Positions 51,783 to 54,621 of a stretch of 54,621 bases of DNA are shown in pieces. Position numbers and translations under genes: made by a program. The stretch lies in IMG/VR virus record IMGVR_UViG_3300037455_000816; one strand, 5' to 3'. The DNA comes from a virus (lineage: Duplodnaviria; Heunggongvirae; Uroviricota; Caudoviricetes). Position 1 is the stretch's first letter. Each line of letters starts with the position of its first letter. Below the pieces are notes generated by a model. The model had not been told where the DNA came from. It ran no database searches and worked only from the letters and a program-made list of their open reading frames with translations.

Positions 51783-52186
51783 GAAAAGACGTTGATCCGA
51801 AAATTCTGGAGGCGGCTAACGCCTATGTCGGCTTTTCGCAGGAGGTGGACGAGGATATTGCCACCACTATGAAGCGTAACGGCTTCGTGGACGGTGCCGT
51901 CTGGCGGCAGGAAAGTCTCTGGAAAGATGCCCAGGGTGATGATCTCCCGGATATTGACCGTGAGGTGATTGTGCTGGCGCGAGCGGTTCCAAAGGATAAT
52001 TCCTCTTTGAGGGTGTGCTTCGGCCATCGTCCTGATCCGAGAGGTTGGGACGGGAAGGATATCCTTACGGGAAAGAAACACCATCATGACGTGCAGACCT
52101 ATGATAAGGGTGGCTGGAATATGCCTGATATTATGTATTGGCTGGACTTGAATCTCCCAAAGGACTATGACGGTAACAAAACATAA
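51779..52186 (+). CDS. hypothetical protein (DUF551-like)
   Basis: LWKDAQGDDLPDIDREVIVL...YWLDLNLP. Confidence 0.7.
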   Translation: MRKDVDPKILEAANAYVGFSQEVDEDIATTMKRNGFVDGAVWRQESLWKDAQGDDLPDIDREVIVLARAVPKDNSSLRVCFGHRPDPRGWDGKDILTGKKHHHDVQTYDKGGWNMPDIMYWLDLNLPKDYDGNKT

Positions 52187-52661
52187 GCTGACGGTTTGTA
52201 AGGCGAAGCCGGAAGAGTTCAAGAGGGTGAGGGGTTTTGTCAACGCAATGGAAAACCTGCTCGATACCCGTAGCTTCTTCGATGCCGAAGAAGACTGGAA
52301 GGACTGGCCGAAAGGTGATCCTGACAGAAAACTGATGGATAAGATCGTTAAGGAGCTGGATGATGAAGCGAGTGATAACCGTCTGGTGGTCTATGAGTTT
52401 ATGAAGCGTAAATTCAAGGAAGCTAACTACGGCGGCAGTATCGGACGCATCCTGTTCAACTGTGAGACGCTGATACAAAACTGCTGTGATCCGAAACTGG
52501 ATTATCTGGAGTTTAAACCCTCTATCATGTATGCACAGCGCGACGCGCTGCTGAAGGTACAGAAACAGATTTTCTCTGGCGAGAAAAGAGGACGCTCTTC
52601 TGAGAGTATTCTTAACTCGTTGAAAAAATGGATTGACAAACAGATATCGGAGGATGATTAA
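52167..52661 (+). CDS. hypothetical protein
   Basis: 164 aa. Confidence 0.7.
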   Translation: MTVTKHKLTVCKAKPEEFKRVRGFVNAMENLLDTRSFFDAEEDWKDWPKGDPDRKLMDKIVKELDDEASDNRLVVYEFMKRKFKEANYGGSIGRILFNCETLIQNCCDPKLDYLEFKPSIMYAQRDALLKVQKQIFSGEKRGRSSESILNSLKKWIDKQISEDD

Positions 52662-52693
52662 GTTCTTCCGGTGATAACACAAAGTAATATGGT

Positions 52694-53014
52694 ATGATAA
52701 AGCAGGATATATATCTGAAGAACGGGACACTGTTTGCAACGGGCTACAACCGCATCGTCCACGGTGGACGTGGCGATTATGTGGAGTTCGAGCGTGACCA
52801 GATAGTGCCGAAACTCAGGTCAAAGTTCGGAAACAAGCCGACCGATGACCTTGATGTATATTACTGGTGGCTCGTACCTGAGACTAACCCTGAGATAAAG
52901 GTATATTTCCAGAAGAAAACGGTCAAGTATGCCGACTATAAGGTTGGTAAGTATTATGTTGATCCGTATCTTCTGAAGGATTTCAAAGACCCCGAACAAC
53001 TGTTTAACTATTGA
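52694..53014 (+). CDS. phage-type hypothetical protein
   Basis: ATGYNRIVHGGRGDYVEF...YFQKKTVKYADYKVGKYY. Confidence 0.7.
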   Translation: MIKQDIYLKNGTLFATGYNRIVHGGRGDYVEFERDQIVPKLRSKFGNKPTDDLDVYYWWLVPETNPEIKVYFQKKTVKYADYKVGKYYVDPYLLKDFKDPEQLFNY

Positions 53015-53019
53015 AGGGT

Positions 53020-53208
53020 ATGACTGATAAGGAATATATTGACAAGGCGTTTGATTTTATCGTCGAACAGCTTGAGGCCGATCCCGGACCTGTGTGCGAG
53101 GTGTTGCACCAGATACCTGAAGAGGCAGATGTCTGTGCGCGTGACTGTCAGAACCTTGATCATTTCTGTCTTCTCAGATTCTTCAAGTATTACAAGAAGA
53201 AGGATTGA
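53020..53208 (+). CDS. small Cys-containing protein
   Basis: 62 aa from ATG 53020. Confidence 0.6.
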   Translation: MTDKEYIDKAFDFIVEQLEADPGPVCEVLHQIPEEADVCARDCQNLDHFCLLRFFKYYKKKD

Positions 53209-53210
53209 AT

Positions 53211-53447
53211 ATGGCTAAGAGTTTGGAACAGATGGCGAAGGAGGTTGCTGTCGAGAAATTCAGAACCTCCCGCGACCAGGAGGCCGCGAAGATCGCCGAG
53301 AACTATTTCAAGTATGGCGGCAAGGCCGTCATCCGTGAGATCGAGCGTGTCATTAACACGAGGGTGTTCCCTGAAGGTGATGACACCATTCCCCGTTTTG
53401 ATCGTATCGTGGCTTTGATTGCAGAACTTAAAAAGACTGAGGCATGA
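53211..53447 (+). CDS. hypothetical protein
   Basis: 78 aa, ATGA overlap with the next gene. Confidence 0.65.
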   Translation: MAKSLEQMAKEVAVEKFRTSRDQEAAKIAENYFKYGGKAVIREIERVINTRVFPEGDDTIPRFDRIVALIAELKKTEA

Positions 53448-53755
53448 CCGAGACGACTTATAAGATTCTGAAAGCCATCGAGAAGGGGACGTATGACCGG
53501 GGAATAGGTGCCAAGGCCATCGCTCTGACACTCTGGCGTGATGACCCGGAACATAACTACCTCTTTACCGCTTGCAGCAATCAAGGCAACGGTGCTTGCA
53601 GGGGAAAGAAAGCCTGGCTGTGTGCCGGTAGTCTGGTGGGTAAGCTGCGTAAGCGGGATCTGGTAACGTATGACCGTCATTGTACGGGCTACGTTCTGAA
53701 GCAGGCCGGGCGTAATGCTCTGGCCGAGTATGAGAAAGAACATCCTAAAAACTAA
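53444..53755 (+). CDS. winged-helix-like hypothetical protein
   Basis: GSLVGKLRKRDLVTY...GYVLKQAGRNAL wHTH wing pattern. Confidence 0.6.
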   Translation: MTETTYKILKAIEKGTYDRGIGAKAIALTLWRDDPEHNYLFTACSNQGNGACRGKKAWLCAGSLVGKLRKRDLVTYDRHCTGYVLKQAGRNALAEYEKEHPKN

Positions 53756-53760
53756 GATAT

Positions 53761-54060
53761 ATGGATAAGAAAGAATATCTGGAGAATTTCAATTCCCTGA
53801 ATGAACAAATTGCGGCCTTGAAGAAGGCTTATCTGGAGGCTCACCAGCCTCTCCCTGTGGGAAAGCTGGTGACGGTGATGGAGGGCGACCAGGTTCACCT
53901 GAAAGGTCTGCTGAAAGGCTACCACCTCTATGATAAGGGCGGTGTCATCAGCTATGTGATTGCTCCGTTGACAAAGAACGGTACGCCTCATAAGTCGTGG
54001 GAGCGTCATTACAGTATTGACGATCCTTATTACAAGGTGAAGCTTGGTGTAACAATGTAG
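53761..54060 (+). CDS. hypothetical protein
   Basis: 99 aa. Confidence 0.7.
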   Translation: MDKKEYLENFNSLNEQIAALKKAYLEAHQPLPVGKLVTVMEGDQVHLKGLLKGYHLYDKGGVISYVIAPLTKNGTPHKSWERHYSIDDPYYKVKLGVTM

Positions 54061-54063
54061 TCT

Positions 54064-54510
54064 ATGGCACTTCTGAGAATCATAAAGTTCAGGGGAAGAC
54101 ATATCGAGACTGGCGTGTGGCTTTACGGCAGCCTCTATGATGATGACGGGGAAATGTATATTCTCCCGAACTTCCCCGGCTCTGCCATCGACTATGAGGA
54201 CTATCAGGTCGATCCGAACACGGTGGGCGAATACCTTGGGCGTGATGATGCCGACGGCAAGCCCCTCTACGAGGGTGATGTCTTTACCGTTGGCGGCAAG
54301 TACCCGAAGGTGATACGCTATATTCCTGAATGGCACTCCTTCTGTGTGGCTAACCTCGATACAATTACCGATCCTCTTACCGCACGGTGGTCCGATGTCT
54401 GCAAGTATCAGCAGCCAGCCCCGAACTGGTGGAATGACTTCAAGGATGAAATCAGGATTATCGGTAACGAATACGACAATCCGGAACTGGTGAAGGTTAA
54501 GCAACTTTAG
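54064..54510 (+). CDS. YopX family protein
   Basis: IKFRG...WLYGSL...VDPNTVGEYLG..D..G.PLYEGD...IIGNEYDNPEL. Confidence 0.88.
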   Translation: MALLRIIKFRGRHIETGVWLYGSLYDDDGEMYILPNFPGSAIDYEDYQVDPNTVGEYLGRDDADGKPLYEGDVFTVGGKYPKVIRYIPEWHSFCVANLDTITDPLTARWSDVCKYQQPAPNWWNDFKDEIRIIGNEYDNPELVKVKQL

Positions 54511-54512
54511 CT

Positions 54513-54621
54513 ATGCGGTGCCACTATGAGAACGTCGAAGGTGTGGGAAGGGTGCTGATACCCGGCTGTTGGCCTGTTGCAATATCAAATGACATGGATA
54601 TGTGTATTTGTCATCCTACAA
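54513..54621 (+). CDS. hypothetical protein, truncated by window end
   Basis: MRCHYENVEGVGRVLIPGCW... open to the window edge. Confidence 0.55.
   Translation, partial: MRCHYENVEGVGRVLIPGCWPVAISNDMDMCICHPT

Larger units (their letters stand above)
1..54621. mobile_element. Segment of a large Bacteroidota temperate element (prophage/phage-plasmid or ICE), apparently in excised (attP) configuration
   Basis: Integrase next to a tRNA-derived att core with element genes on both sides, repressor/Cro switch, DUF4373 initiators, Dam, YopX, ParA, dense short ORFs; no host housekeeping genes; no structural genes seen. Confidence 0.85.

Noticed and set aside
1-54621. Diversity-generating retroelement, retron, alternative genetic code, virion genes
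   Set aside because: No reverse transcriptase motif or TR/VR pair seen; genes read normally with all three stop codons; no capsid, terminase or tail motifs recognised

Overview
A 54.6-kb, ~50% GC, gene-dense segment of a large Bacteroidota (Prevotella-like; many TTTG-N19/20-TAnnTTTG promoters) temperate mobile element. No virion or T4SS genes are in view, so phage, phage-plasmid and ICE cannot be told apart from this window. It carries a lysogeny-type module (Cro-like/XRE repressor switch, PRTase, a tRNA-Pro-derived att core directly upstream of a tyrosine integrase, with element genes on both sides, i.e. an attP/excised configuration), replication and partition genes (two DUF4373-type initiators with 21-bp iteron-like repeats, helicase-loader-like protein, Toprim primase, RecD2, SSB, ParA plus partner), modification/metabolic enzymes (Dam-type MTase, radical SAM, ATP-grasp, PAPS-reductase family), a tRNA-Arg(CCT) and about 80 small hypothetical ORFs. 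The standout is a candidate RNA-guided system. A 418-aa TnpB/Cas12f-like protein with a visibly dead RuvC (23943-25199, minus) is bracketed by two copies of a covarying three-stem plus pseudoknot RNA scaffold. Four more 69-nt copies of that scaffold lie 15-17 kb away, each heading a CRISPR-like mini-array. The best-preserved repeats are 36 nt, resemble type VI-B (Cas13b) repeats, and are mostly separated by 30-nt spacers (7245-7793, 8586-9009). No cas1/cas2/cas13 gene is in the window. All family assignments come from motif recognition by eye; no database search was run.
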